From the NCBI GenBank assembly GCA_963693365.1, contig CAVNZM010000001.1, positions 6,278,907-6,342,906 of the forward strand: a stretch of 64,000 nucleotides of DNA, read 5' to 3'. This document shows, piece after piece, positions 33,436-48,744 of the stretch (position 1 is its first letter; each line of letters begins with the position of its first letter). Source of the stretch: Amoebidium appalachense. Its lineage: Eukaryota > Protista > Ichthyosporea. The notes beneath the pieces were generated by a model. The model did no database searches and was not told the origin of the DNA. It saw only the letters and a program-made list of their open reading frames with translations. Made by a program: the position numbers and the translations under genes.

Positions 33436-33474
33436 GCTACATTTTATAAGCGCACTGCGCTTATAAAATGCTAC
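33436..33474. repeat. 29-nt palindrome flanked by GCTAC direct repeats
   Basis: GCTAC-ATTTTATAAGCGCA-C-TGCGCTTATAAAAT-GCTAC. Confidence 0.85.
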
Positions 33475-34197
33475 CCCAAAAAACCAACAAATTGATCATA
33501 GATGTAGAATCTAGGGCGAACTTGTGTACGCATGTTACCATAATTTGCCACATTACACTTGTGACGATTTCGGAATCCTAGTTTTAGTTTCAAAGCTATA
33601 CGAAAATAAGCAACCCCTGCATCATGAGTCACACCGTCAACCTTTTCAACATCTATAATCATCATCACGTGCCTTTCAATAGGTGAAATACCACATGCAT
33701 CGGTGTGCCTAGACAAAGCTATGTGCTTCTTGCCGGTTAAACAACATGGTCAACTAGATAAAAGGTGTGTTTTGGGATACCTGTGTGTAATTCAAATGCT
33801 AACTACTGCGATGCGGTTAAAGAGAATACTGCCTCTTTTTGTCAAGCCAGTTTCCCATCATTTCGTATCTGCAGCCCATACTTCAGGCCAAATTTAAGTA
33901 TTTAAACGAACGAAGCAAGCCTAGTATTAAGCCAACCGCGACAACTACTATTGTATATCATGGCAATTCGACAAACACGGTACCAAAGGTGTGAAAGGGT
34001 TTCCACCCGCAATCCAGACACTTCCACCTTACAGTATATTATTAGTATTCGTCCGTATAGTATCTAATCGAGTACTCACCCACTCATTTTCACCTCCCCG
34101 CCCCTTCCCCCCTCCCCCCTCAAAAAAAAATGAGTTAGAGAAACGTTTCCTAATTCGTCCTTTTTAAACCAAACTCGAGATCATCATTCTCGCACCT

Positions 34198-34791
34198 TTA
34201 ATTCACGTCTATAGCTTCGAGTTTTGCAAGCTGCGCAGACATGCTCCCACTTGCAAGCATCGGCTTTCCCAACCCCAAATCGGATTTTCTCTCCTTTATG
34301 CGTCTGTCCAAATCGTCCAAAACCTGTTTTTTCATAACCAAAACCCCGTCTATTTCCTTGACCTTCTTCTTTTTCTTTTCATACATGTCATTTACCGTGT
34401 TGAAATTTCTCCACCGTTCATTCACCACGTCGTTCGTCTCCTGAAGCACCCGCATTCTCCCTTCGATCTCAACTCCCAATCGATCTAAGGTATTCATGCT
34501 TTCCGCCACTGCAGCCTTCCCCTGCTTGACGGCCATCCTAATCATTGACAGCGCAATTTCGGCTTCCTCAATTTGTGCACGCAAATCAGTCAAGTGATTT
34601 TGTGCCGTCTCTTCATCTTGCTCTTCATAATCGCCCTCCGTCTCTCTTTCACCAAATTCCTGGGACCCCTCCAGTGTAGCGTGTAGGTGGATAACCTGAA
34701 CAGCCCCCGCTTTGCCGTATTCAACACTTCTTCGTCTTTCCCTTTCCTCGGGTTTCTTTTCCGAATGTGGCTTTTCCTCCTTTGTAACACT
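34198..34791 (-). CDS. Hypothetical coiled-coil protein, probably a terminal exon
   Basis: About 200 codons of non-repetitive, E/K/L-rich heptad-like sequence (LTDLRAQIEEAEIALSMIR...VLDDLDRRIKERK). A plausible acceptor cccacag|AGT lies at its 5' end. No family recognised. Confidence 0.55.
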   Translation of the reverse strand, partial: SVTKEEKPHSEKKPEERERRRSVEYGKAGAVQVIHLHATLEGSQEFGERETEGDYEEQDEETAQNHLTDLRAQIEEAEIALSMIRMAVKQGKAAVAESMNTLDRLGVEIEGRMRVLQETNDVVNERWRNFNTVNDMYEKKKKKVKEIDGVLVMKKQVLDDLDRRIKERKSDLGLGKPMLASGSMSAQLAKLEAIDVN

Positions 34792-34906
34792 CTGTGGGCA
34801 CATGTGTGTTGTCAGTATCAAGGCAACTTTTCTTGCTCACTCCTCCTCAAACGGGGGCAGGAGGTTTCTAGAGGAGAACGCGGTGTGGGTGGGTGGGTGG
34901 GTGGGT

Positions 34907-34937
<31 letters not shown>

Positions 34938-34938
<1 letters not shown>

Positions 34939-35320
34939 TGTATGTGTTAGAGGGTTGGAAATATGGAGGAGACAACAAAGAGCAACAGCAAAACGTCACA
35001 AAAGTGGGAAATCCAAAATCAAACAATTTAAGCGTGCAGGCAGAAGACACTTGAACAGAGCCCTTAATCAGGGGGATTCCATGGCAATGCCTCCACAAAA
35101 GCATGGGTTTCGACTCTTAACCTCTCGCGCGTGGTTCCAAACCCATACTTTGCTTCAACAGCAATAGCCGAGTCCACCCGTCTTGGCCAAAGACGAGCAG
35201 GGTTGTTCAAGGAGCAGCACTCTAAGAAAACAGAGTCTACAAAAACTGCAAGCAGACAAAACAAAGAAAACAAGCAGAGAAGTAGAGCATAAGCCGGGCT
35301 TCTACAAAGCTCCCCGACTC
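34938..35320 (-). mobile_element. Structured interspersed element, subfamily C (core 35051-35210)
   Basis: Sense core TTGAACAACCCTGCTCGTCTTTGGCCAAGACGGGTGGACTC...GAGTCGAAACCCAT...CCCTGATTAAGGGCTCTGTTCAA. The 3' part is repeated at 36137-36351. The 5' boundary is approximate. Confidence 0.75.
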
Positions 35321-35545
35321 GGGGGGAAGGGGGAGGGGGCTCAAATGCGAAAACAGGTCAAGGGAACTGAAGTGCTTGTGCATGGTGCTGGTGGTGGGTT
35401 GGAGGGACATCATGGAGGAAAGTAGCTGTCTAAGAGAGGATCGGAAGAAAAAACACGAGACACAATAGCAAGGAACCGTAGGGGGAGACGAGAGGATTAG
35501 GAGGGGTTGGGGTGGGGGGTGGTGGTGGTGGTTGGGTGGGTGGGT

Positions 35546-35577
<32 letters not shown>

Positions 35578-35579
<2 letters not shown>

Positions 35580-36020
35580 TGAATGCGTCAAAAAGTACGA
35601 AGTACACAAGAACAAACGGATAACACGATGCAGAATGCAAGCCATACATAAAGAGTATGCATAATAAGCAGAGCCCATCCTCAGGGGGGGCCCACGTCAT
35701 CCACAGTACCCGAGTTTCGACCTATTCCCCTCGTTAACGAAACCCAACTCAGATACTGTTTCACTTGAACATGAGTAGGTCACCCGTCTTGATCAGAGAC
35801 GAGCAGGGTTGCTTATGCAGGCAAGGGCAGTGGGAAAGGCCGGGGGTTAAAGTTGCAGGGGGGAAGAATATTCGGACGCAGTTGCGCAATGTAAATATAG
35901 TGAACAATGACTCAAGTGAAGTGCAGATAAAAAAAGGCATGAAACAGTGAACCACGGGCACGTGCAAAAATAGAAGTGCACAGCCGCGGGCGTCAGAACA
36001 CCAGGCACCCCCGGGCAGCC
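35578..36020 (-). mobile_element. Structured interspersed element, subfamily B (core 35664-35816)
   Basis: Sense core ATAAGCAACCCTGCTCGTCTCTGATCAAGACGGGTGACCTA...TAGGTCGAAACTCGG...CCTGAGGATGGGCTCTGCTTAT. The 3' end GTACTTCGTAC...CGCATTCAAACCCC is shared with subfamily A. The 5' boundary is approximate. Confidence 0.75.
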
Positions 36021-36044
36021 GTGGTGGTGGTGGTGGTGGAGGGG

Positions 36045-36075
<31 letters not shown>

Positions 36076-36105
36076 AAGGGGGTGGAGGGGGGTGGAGGGG
36101 GGGTG

Positions 36106-36136
<31 letters not shown>

Positions 36137-36351
36137 GATGTATGTGTTAGAGGGTTGGAAACATGGAGGAGACAACAAAGAGCAACAACAAACGTCACAA
36201 AAGTGGGAAATCCAAAATCAAACAATTTAAGCGTGCAGGTAGAAGACACGTGAACAGAGCCCATCATCAAGAGGGTTCCTATGCCTTCACAAAAGCATGG
36301 GTTACTCTTTGACCTCTCGCGCGTGGTTCCCAACCCATACTTTGTTTCAAC
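36137..36351 (-). mobile_element. 5'-truncated copy (D) of the subfamily C element
   Basis: Matches 34938-35159 with scattered differences and is bounded by G/C tracts on both sides. Confidence 0.75.
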
Positions 36352-36522
36352 GGGGGGCGGGGGGGGGGGGAGGAGGAGGGGGGGGGGGGGCTCTGCACTT
36401 AGGCAACAATCTTGTGATTGGTGTGCCTTTTCAGGAGATAAGCCAGAGATTGGGGAGGAGGGGCAGAATGGGAAGGGCGAAAAGGGAAGGAGAAGGGTGG
36501 GGGAGGGGGGGGGGGGGGGGAA

Positions 36523-36564
<42 letters not shown>

Positions 36565-36945
36565 CTGGGGGGCTTCAAGCAATGGTGAGAAAAAGCTCGA
36601 GGTGGCCAGAGCGTGATGAGGGGAAAGTGAACATGCACAAACTTTAAAAAGGGTTAAGGCCCAATGCAACAGTCGATAATGTAGTACACCTGAGTTGTAA
36701 CACCGTATATGCTTTGTAACAGAGACCGCATAAAAAGAAGTCTTTTTTTTTTTTTTTGCCCCCCTGAGCGTTTGAACATCAGATTGCACGGATCTGTGAA
36801 CCATCCGTGTGCAAACAGTTATAATTAACACGAATGCAGCGTGGCTGACAATATCAATGCCACTCGAGCAACTTGCCTAAGAATAGTGCGAGCCTCCCGT
36901 CACGCACATAAAACACACGACACCACACACACATACATGCACATG

Positions 36946-37027
<82 letters not shown>

Positions 37028-38186
37028 TGATGCTCAACACATACACACGCACCCTCATAATAACCTAGGCACAGATGCACAAGACTGATTGCGGTAAATT
37101 CACGACCCTCAACCGCACCAGACGCTGGCACACAAACATACACAAAATAAAAACCGGCATACACAACACAAAACAACCCAACAACTATGCACTGTGCATA
37201 TAACACCCACGCACAGTTGTGCAGGGTGGTCAATTCAAAACCTCCCCGTCCCCCCCCCCCCCTGCCCGCCCCCCACCACCCTCCCCACGCCCGGGTTCCA
37301 CCCCCCCTTTTCCCCTCCACGACCACCCCATCCGCGCGCACACACACACGCACACGTCCAAGGCTTTCTTTACTATCACAATCACAGTCACTCAAGCAGT
37401 TCTAAACCCGCATACATGCGTCCAAACACCCATCCCTTACCTCTTTCCCTGGTTGGTTGCCCATTTCGAGGCAGAAAAGGCGTGGTAAGCCAGTAGGGTG
37501 GAAAAAAATTGGCCGGTTTCCCTTTTAGTGGTTCACAATTATCGAGCAAAAAAAACGAACTATTTGTTTTTCTACAAGATTGTGGTGGATACACCCCGAG
37601 ATCTACTGCCTGGCATTAACAATTCATTTCACGACGTTCAAGAAGCCATTCACATCTCATTAGCCATAACCACGTGCTGTAAAAACATACTGCTTTGTGA
37701 CCAAACAAGTTTTCTTTTCTCCGTTGTAAGTCTGTTTATCAGTTGTAGTACATGTGGAACTGTCGAAGTGCATGTACATAGCCTACAAGAGCGAAGTAAG
37801 ACTGAGCTATGTAAGGCGCGCGGTGCCGGTCCGGCCGGCGGCGGCCGCCGATCCGTTTTTAGACTCGGTATCTCTGGTATGTGTTTTATCGGTTAGACAC
37901 GACGTTATTGGATATTACTATCCGACAATTTTATTCTTGCCCAAATATGGGTTGCTGGCGATAGCAAGTCATAAATAGTAAACCAATCAGATATGCTTAA
38001 AGGTGGCTAAATGCATTCCTTTGCATTGTTGCCTATGTATGTCGAGAATTCGAAGTTGTAAACTGGTAAACTTGTAATGTCCGGACTGGTGAGTCAGTGA
38101 GTGACAGTGACGCCCCACTCCAACTTGACAACACAGACGAGCACGCCTTGTGCAAGCACACACGCACACACACGCACACACGCACG

Positions 38187-38292
<106 letters not shown>

Positions 38293-38358
38293 GCCGCAGC
38301 TTTGATCTTTCTCCCCCCCCCCCCCCCCCCCCCCCCTCTCCCTTCCCACCCGCCCCCC

Positions 38359-38391
<33 letters not shown>

Positions 38392-38410
38392 ACCCCCTCG
38401 AGTCCCCCAG

Positions 38411-39698
<1,288 letters not shown>

Positions 39699-40867
39699 CT
39701 TCCTTTCATCTTTCATGCCTGGGTCAAATGCCGAAACTTTTATTCCTTTTATTGGTGCACTGTGAAAAGATGGAAGGGGGCTGGGGGAGGGTATTGCCAA
39801 ACGGATTTCAAGCCCTGGCCGAGAAGGAGGTGGCATATTTATCCGCTGCCGAAAGCCATGGCGTGCACATCAACTTGCAATTGCTCATGCAAGTATTATT
39901 GCAGTGTACATGATAGTATATAATATCATGCCGCATTATGGCAGTGCGGCGTATCTCATCAAGCAAGTATTGTTGTCCATTTATGTATTGACGACGAAAT
40001 TTTCACGTCTGATGCCATAAAGTATCACTATTTTCCGCGGCCCTCGAGACTCTGATGATTACAAGTACCCGTGTGCCAGGACGTTTGCCAATGCCATTCG
40101 AAATCATTGTCAACGGTTATGACACTGGCAGCAGTTGTAACTTGTCTGTCATACAGCCTGGCCTGGCAAATTATAAGGATGATGTTGCCTACCAGCAAGT
40201 AATAGTGTTCACGCTTGTTATCTTCAGGCGAAATTTTTGTGGTTCTCCAAACTTCTTGTACACTACATACTAGCTGCCGCCGGATTAAAAGCCCTGTAAC
40301 AGTTTAGTGCTACGTGGACATCCGGCACCGTTAAGTTATCTAGCTAGGCAGACTCATTCCTGATTCAACCACTGTGTACACATGTGCAGGCCAATACACA
40401 GATGTATTTTTAATTTACTCGATGGTGTGTGGTGTGTGGTATAAACACCAGACTCGCATGATGTGCAAAAGGTATATGTGTGGCCGGGAGAGTGCCTGTG
40501 TCTAGGCGGAAGACGGTAAGCTCCCCTGAGGCAGTGCCTCGCCGGGAGTGAAACGGGATAAAATAAATAAAATTAAAAAAAGGCCGGGAGAGTGCAGTAT
40601 GTACGGTGTGCACCCCCTCCCCCCGCCCCCTCGGACCCTCACACTGTGACCCCGTGGCACGGTGTTACAGTGACTTTTGCACCTTGCCGTTTTTTCATTG
40701 TCTCTTTTCTTTGCTTCCGTCACCCTCGGGCACAGGTTCACTCACGCACACATGTGCACACACACACAAACACACCCACACACCCACACACCCTTGCGTA
40801 CACAAGGACACACACGCACACACACTCTCTCTCTCAGCTCCGAGTCTCTCTCTTTCAAGTTCTCAAC

Positions 40868-41440
<573 letters not shown>

Positions 41441-41898
41441 ACTACCACGTTGCTGATACCCAGGTGATTTTCAAAAGATGAAATCTGAAATATTACGGAA
41501 GCTGACGAAGCGCGGTGGTTAAATCTGAGATATCCAGATGTGATCGTACGCTGTCGCCGGCATACTGCCAGCGCCCTACAGATTTGATCGTATCATCCCA
41601 TTTCGGGTCATAGTGCGCCAAAATCTGGGGCCGTGCGATCAAATCTGGTTTGTTTTGGGCCCGATCGGATTGGTTAGCGGCGCTTCCAAAAAAGGCTAGC
41701 CAATATGATAAAAATCATTGGCCAATTCTGTGCAGTAGAATCGACATGAAAATAGCTATATATGGGTTGTCGGTCATCCAATTAAATGCGGCGGATATCA
41801 AGGGGTTGATGCGGGACAATATCCAGTTGTCCGGCGTCGAGGCCGCGGGCCCAGAGCTTTATTATTATTATTACTATAAAAACATGGAGCCGTCCGTA

Positions 41899-41942
<44 letters not shown>

Positions 41943-42779
41943 CATACATACATACACACGTACATATCATATACCGTATATAGTGCACGTGTATTCGGGT
42001 GTTACACCCATCTACAGTATGGCAAATGTTATATTGCTTAGTCCGTGTACCTGCAGGTAATCGAAACTCCAACATGCATGCCAACAACAAGTGAGGAAGC
42101 AATGAACATGTATGAAAATACTATAAAATCACCTATAGGTCTTCGCGGTCCAGGTTATTGCTGCAGTTTAATTTGATGTCCGGAAGAAGCCACAGTAGAG
42201 TACCGGAAGTAAATTCGAGCACCGCTGTCATCGTTTCTGCAAAGAAACACACATGTTAATGATATATTCCTTAATAGACACATGTAAATGACATATTCCC
42301 TTAATGGCCTCACGTCCTTCTGGTGTATGCATTAAGTTCTTTTTTTATTTTATTTTTTACTGCCTCTATGAAGAAGGTTCAGTATTTGCTGCACGACGTA
42401 ACATTCCACTATGGACCTATCACATGCACTAGGTGCATATCTCATTTTTTGATAAGTCGTACAAACACAGGGATATGTGTCTGTGTGTGTAGGGGGGACC
42501 GCGCTCTCTGCATCCGAGCAGATGCAGGAGGAGGGAAAAAAGATGTGATATGACCAGGTAAAAAGATGAGAGACGTATGTACATGTGTACATGTGAGTTT
42601 TAAGAATCGTGTCTTCGAGTGGTCTATTTCATTTAAGTGGTGGGAGTGAGTGAGTGAGTGAATGAGTGTGGCGAGAAGAGGGAAGGGATGCAGAGGGGTG
42701 GGGGGTTAGGAGGTTGGGGCAGGCGGGCGGGCGGGAATGGGTGGGTCGGGGGGGGGAGGGCATGCATCCAGTACCTTAA

Positions 42780-43199
42780 TTATTCTCTGGATTCCCGAGC
42801 CGCGTATTGACGGGTGTTGTTTTCCTTTGCTGTGGCCAAATGACTACGCAAGCCTTTGCGTGCATTGTCGCAGGCGATGCTCCCCCCCCTCTTTATGGCC
42901 TTGTAGACAGCATCGGTTGCAGGGTCCAGGGATCCAGTGACGAGGTAGTTGGTCATGACTGAAAGGAGTGGGGAGGGGGGTGGGAGGGAGGAAGGGAGGG
43001 AAGGAGGGGGGGGGGGGGGGGGGGGGGGGGGGAGGGGGGGGGGGGGGGATGACAGTGATGCAGAGGGAGCTTGGGCCTTCTTACGGAAGGCAAAAAGAAT
43101 TGGGTGGCAATGAATGTGGGGATGGGAATAAGGGAGTCGAAGATGAGGGTAGGGTTGGTGGTGGTGGTGGTGGTGGTGGTGGTGGTGGTAATGGTGTGT

Positions 43200-43253
<54 letters not shown>

Positions 43254-43306
43254 AAGGGAGACAATTACCCGGGGTGAGGGAGAAGGGCAAAGGGGCATAT
43301 CAGAAA

Positions 43307-43366
<60 letters not shown>

Positions 43367-43890
43367 CCCGATGTATATGTCTACGTGTGAATGTGCGCGC
43401 AGATTTATGCCCAGTGTGCTTGTGTGTGTGTGCATGTGTGCGTGCGTATGCATGTAAACGCGTGTGTGGGTACCAGTGTAGCGAGTGTGTGCCGATATAT
43501 TTTGTGTGCCTCCCTGTGTGCTTTCACCGGTGTGTGTGTGTGGGTGTGTGTGTGTATGTGTGGTATGTGTGGGTGTGTGTGTGTGTGTGTGTGTGTGCCT
43601 GATGATATGTCTGTGTGTGTATGTGTGCCCATGTGCATGTTTGTGCATGGTGTGAGGGAGAAGGGCAAAGGGGCATATCAGAAGGTGTGTGTATGTGTGT
43701 GCCCGATATATGTGTCTGTGTGTATGTGCACACATATTTGCGCTCGGTGTGCTTGTGTGTGTGTTCATGTGTGCGTGCGCCTGCATGTAAACGTGTGTGT
43801 GGGTACCGGTGTAGTGAGTGTGTACCAATTTATTTTGTTTGCCTCCCTGTGTGTTTTCACCACTGTTGTGTGTGTGTGTGTGCGTGTGTG

Positions 43891-43968
<78 letters not shown>

Positions 43969-44623
43969 CGGCACGTATATGTGCGTGCATGTGTATGTGC
44001 GTGCTAGTATGGTCACGTACGGTACACCAGGTGAGTTTTGGCGGGATCAAGCTGCCCGACCGTGCCCACTCCAAGTAAGCGAGCTGTTTTCCCGTGACAC
44101 ACAAACGAGTTGTTGACCAGCTCATCGGTTGTAAAGATGTCATCAGTAAGAATTCTTGCCGATATGGTGGGCTTGTTGGCACTCCAGGCAGCCCGCACGG
44201 CCTTTTTGGTGAATGCAGCCTGTGGTAAAGCGAGAAAGGGAGGGAGGATGGGGGGGGGGGGGGGGGGGACTGTTAACATATGGAAGTGCCGAAAGATTAA
44301 AATGTTGCTCACCTAACACGAAGCTTTCTTACGTGGTTTTACGTGGTTTCAAGACTACATCATCGTGCACCACCATGTTTGGTTGGTTGGTTTGGCTGTT
44401 TGATTAGGAGGAAACGGGGAAGTGGTGTGTGTGCCTGCGTGTGTGTGCGCACGTGCATGTACGTGTCTGTCTGTGTGTGTGTGTGTGTATGTGTGTGTGT
44501 GTAGGTTGGGTACCGGCCTGCAATACTAAAGGTATGCAATTCTTCCCCCCGGTTTGTTGTGCTAGCCGTTCTCCGTTGTGTGTGTGTGCGCACGAGCGCG
44601 AGTGTGTGTGCGTGTGTGTGTGT

Positions 44624-44668
<45 letters not shown>

Positions 44669-45392
44669 TGTGTGTAAGTACCACAAAGACAAGAAAACCC
44701 GTGAAGAGAGCCCTTAAACCAGAGAGTAACTACAAGGCGAAAAAAAGTAGGTCACGGTGGCGACTACTTTTGTTTCCTCTGTACAATCTTTGCCTAGGTG
44801 AACCCCCCACCCCACTCCCCCACCTCCTTCCCCCCTTCTCCTCCTGCATTCCCCACTTCTCCTCCTGCACAAAACAAAAAGGCGGCGGGGGGGGGTTGTC
44901 CTCTTTGGGATAACTTGTCTTTCGTTCTGTTCATATAAAGACAAGGTGTGGTCTCCGTATACTTATGACACACTGATAAGCCTTCCTCTATGGCAGACAA
45001 AACTAGTCTTTTTACACACGTTTAGTGACTTTTGAGACCCTTACCAGCAACAGCAGCGGGGAGTCTGGACACAACTTCTCCCTGGAACCACTGCAGCGTA
45101 CCGACGTTCATCTGCACCCAGGGGATGTACACAGTGCTGCCCACCGTGGGTTCCTTGGTTAAACTCTCTGGTGCCCTTTTGGCATCCCAACCTTCATCAA
45201 ACTCGCAAAGCGACCGCAACTGGTACACATCCATGTCACCATCGTGGGCCTGAACTACAAACCAATCACCTCCCAAATCAATGTGTGTTTCCACGGATTA
45301 CCCTCGTGGCTTTTATCAGGCTTTATGCCCTTTGGTGGGTACTTCTCAACTGGGAGACTGGCAGGCACCAGACTATAATTAGAGACGCCCAT
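42780..45392 (-). CDS. BEN-domain protein with an N-terminal Tudor/SH3-like segment (middle exons unresolved, possibly degraded)
   Basis: Exons 44021-44219 and 42780-42958 splice in phase (GT-AG) to give [53 protein letters not shown]...[18 protein letters not shown], matching the BEN pattern (F..eEL...S..G...LDP.k...C.n.R). Upstream exons from the ATG at 45392 include VGSTVYIPW...[10 protein letters not shown]. Confidence 0.6.
43274..43900. repeat. Diverged ~380-bp tandem duplication within the BEN-gene intron
   Basis: GTGAGGGAGAAGGGCAAAGGGGCATATCAGAA and its downstream sequence occur at 43274 and again at ~43650. Confidence 0.75.
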
Positions 45393-47154
45393 GTTGGCAG
45401 ATCGAAATTCTAGCTGAGATATGAGCTGTGAAGTGTTTAACTTCTGTGGGAAACTGTGACGTGCTGGTTGAAGTGGGCTGCATTTTTAAGGACTAAGCGT
45501 TCAGATTTTGAAATTTCATGTCCCATTGATCAAATTTCCTATGAGAGATTTGCGGCCCCCAAGGAGTTTAGGGAGTTGGGGGGCATGGGAGACCAAGCCG
45601 TGCACGTGGCTCACGGGCCCGGCGCCAAAATTTGAAATCCCCGCGCGGGCCAGACTGGGCCTGCGCTCAGACGGTATAACGGACCAATCCCGACTTTGAC
45701 CATATATGGTCAATGTCTTGCAAATTCGTCTGGCAGGTGAGTCGTTAACACTAAACACCACGGATCGATGACCGTTTGTGTGTGTCCGTTTGGCCGTTGC
45801 CCGCCACTACTCTTCCACCAATCATTGATCGAGAAGTCAAATTGGGTACTGGCCCGGCCCGATGGTATGCCGGGTCAACGTGCAAGGAAGCTCGAAAAAA
45901 AAAAATCAACCCCTTCTTTTCCGTTTTCAAAACACAGCAGAACCTACGGTAAACCTATGTACTATCCTAGGAACGTGCCGCAGTGTACCGTCGCAGAATG
46001 TCCGGCTATATCAGTATTATTCACAAGAAAATCCACCTTCCCCCAGTGTACGGAAACGGGATCTATAACCCAGTAGTGTTAAAACAATTCCTTTCACCGA
46101 AAGAGGCAAACGTTTTGGTAGAAGAACTGCACATGTGTTCAAGCAGAAGAAAAACTGTCTTACCGATCGTACTCGTACAACTTCGGTTGGGTTGGTTTTG
46201 TTTGAGCATCTGGGTGAGCTGTATATCCCAACTCTGGAACGGTCGAGAGACTTGTGTTTTTTGGCTGGAAGTTACACTAGGGAATTTCGTGAGTCCGTGC
46301 TCGATGTTATAGGGGATCTCGGTAATGTAAAACTGATTTAATAGTAATCTGTTAAATGGCCTACCCCACTAGTACCACAAATGTATGGTACATATATACG
46401 TGCGCATATATGCATGCATCACTGCAACCCCGGGCGCACTGCCGGCGCTGGCGCCGGAGGCGGCGTCAGTGCAGATCGATCGCGCCTATTGGTTGAAGCT
46501 GTTAGTCGCACATTCCATTTCACGTTCCATTTATACGATAGAATACGGTGATACCAGGCTCTGCCAGATGTGTTCGATTTGGGCTTCGTCTCACCAGCCA
46601 CATTTCAGATTTTGTCGTTCCGCATCGCAAAAAGCCATATCACTTCATATTTGAACTTTTCAAAATCACCTGGGTAGCCAATCTTGCAATGCCCGAAATG
46701 TTTACTCAGCTGTATGTAACTGTTTGGGGGGGCCTCTGGAAATTTACTGTAGCTCGAATCGGAAGTTATCCATAAGGAAACACGCCAACCATACAATGAT
46801 TGCAACAACAAATTCCAAATTTGAAGTCACCGCGCTTGGCTGTGCGTTTTATGATGTCGATCGATTATCGGATCGAAAAGATTGAATGTCTGACCCACAC
46901 ACGCTCCATGCATGCATGTGCTCGAATGCATATGCAGGCGCCTCCCAGACTCCAAATACACATGCAAAACTCAGTATAAGATACTAATATTCACACCTAT
47001 ATTAAATAACACAAATGCTGTAACGTTTCTTTTACATATCGAAACGAACACAACACACTCTGCTCTCGCCGCGTCAGATGTACACAGATTATCACCACAT
47101 TCCAAAGATAAAACTAGAACGAATTCTAGTGGGTTTAATGAATGCACCCGATAA

Positions 47155-47325
47155 TGATTGGTCGCCCGAACTGAAATCCAACCATGGTTATAAATTTGAT
47201 GCCAGGGTACGAATTTGACCGTCCAAAATATATTGACCGTCCAAAATATATTTTTGGACGGTCAAATGCGTACCCTGGCGTCAAATTTATAACCATGGTT
47301 GGATTTCAGTTCGGGCGACCAATCA
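47155..47325. mobile_element. Foldback/MITE-like palindromic element (~74-bp arms)
   Basis: The left arm TGATTGGTCGCCCGAACTGAAATCCAACCATGGTTATAAATTTGATGCCAGGGTACGAATTTGACCGTCCAAAA is the reverse complement of the right arm with 2 mismatches. The centre holds an 18-bp tandem duplication. Confidence 0.75.
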
Positions 47326-47710
47326 CGGGCTATTTACGACAACCATCACACGAATGTTCCAGGAAATTTTTTGAAAATGTTAATTATATTGTCGTAGTTC
47401 CGCATGCCTAAGGCCAGTACGTAGACCATAACTACCTATCCATACTATTTGAGCATTTTTCTGCTTTATTTTGGGTATTGTTTTGCTTGCCATGCTCAAT
47501 AGTAGAAATACATGTTTTGTCGTCGGAAGTCACATGAGTCACTGATACTATCACTGATCTCTCCAAAGTACTGCGTATTTGAATTACTATTTCGCTTTTT
47601 CGCTTTTTCGCTTAATAAGGGCATGCATGTGCACATGTTTTGTCCTGATTGTCAGAGCGATCGCGCGAAACCCGTGTCCAAAACTTTCTCGTTTTCCACT
47701 CAAAGCCTCT

Positions 47711-48285
<575 letters not shown>

Positions 48286-48673
48286 TGGTTTCTTTTTTTG
48301 GGGGGGGGGGATTTGTGTGTGTGTGTGTGTACAAACGTGTGTGCCACGGTTTCACAGTGCGTGTGTGCATGTGGATGAGTGTGTTTGTGCGTGTGTTGGT
48401 TTGCGCGCGTGTGCGCAGGTATGTGTGTAGTCTGCTTACAAGCGTGTGGGTCGGCATACGAGTGCCTAATGGCTGATGAATTATTGGCTGCACGAGGGGT
48501 ATAAATAACCACTGTGTGCATACATTCCCAGGCAGTCTGAGATCGAGCCTGAGCCTCAGAGACAGTCTTAGACACCTATGCTCTCACATGGGAGTGGATT
48601 CACAGCAAAGGCCTCACACGACTCCACTAAAAAGATTCACCTTAATAGTACTAGTGTACTTGGCCCAGATCTC

Positions 48674-48744
<71 letters not shown>

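Larger units (their letters stand above)
41457..46676. mobile_element. Candidate DNA-transposon-derived segment bounded by imperfect inverted repeats, carrying the BEN gene
   Basis: TACCCAGGTGATTTTCAAAAGATGAAAT at 41457 matches the reverse complement of ~46648-46676 (TACCCAGGTGATTTTGAAAAGTTCAAAT). A second matching block, AAATCTGAAAT...GACGAAGC, lies on both sides. No transposase or TSD was seen. Confidence 0.4.

Noticed and set aside
33471-33890. Decayed minus-strand ORF with faint Tpt1/KptA-like wording (KHIALS...IIDVEKV)
   Set aside because: Multiple stops and no HGT motif; the similarity is too weak.
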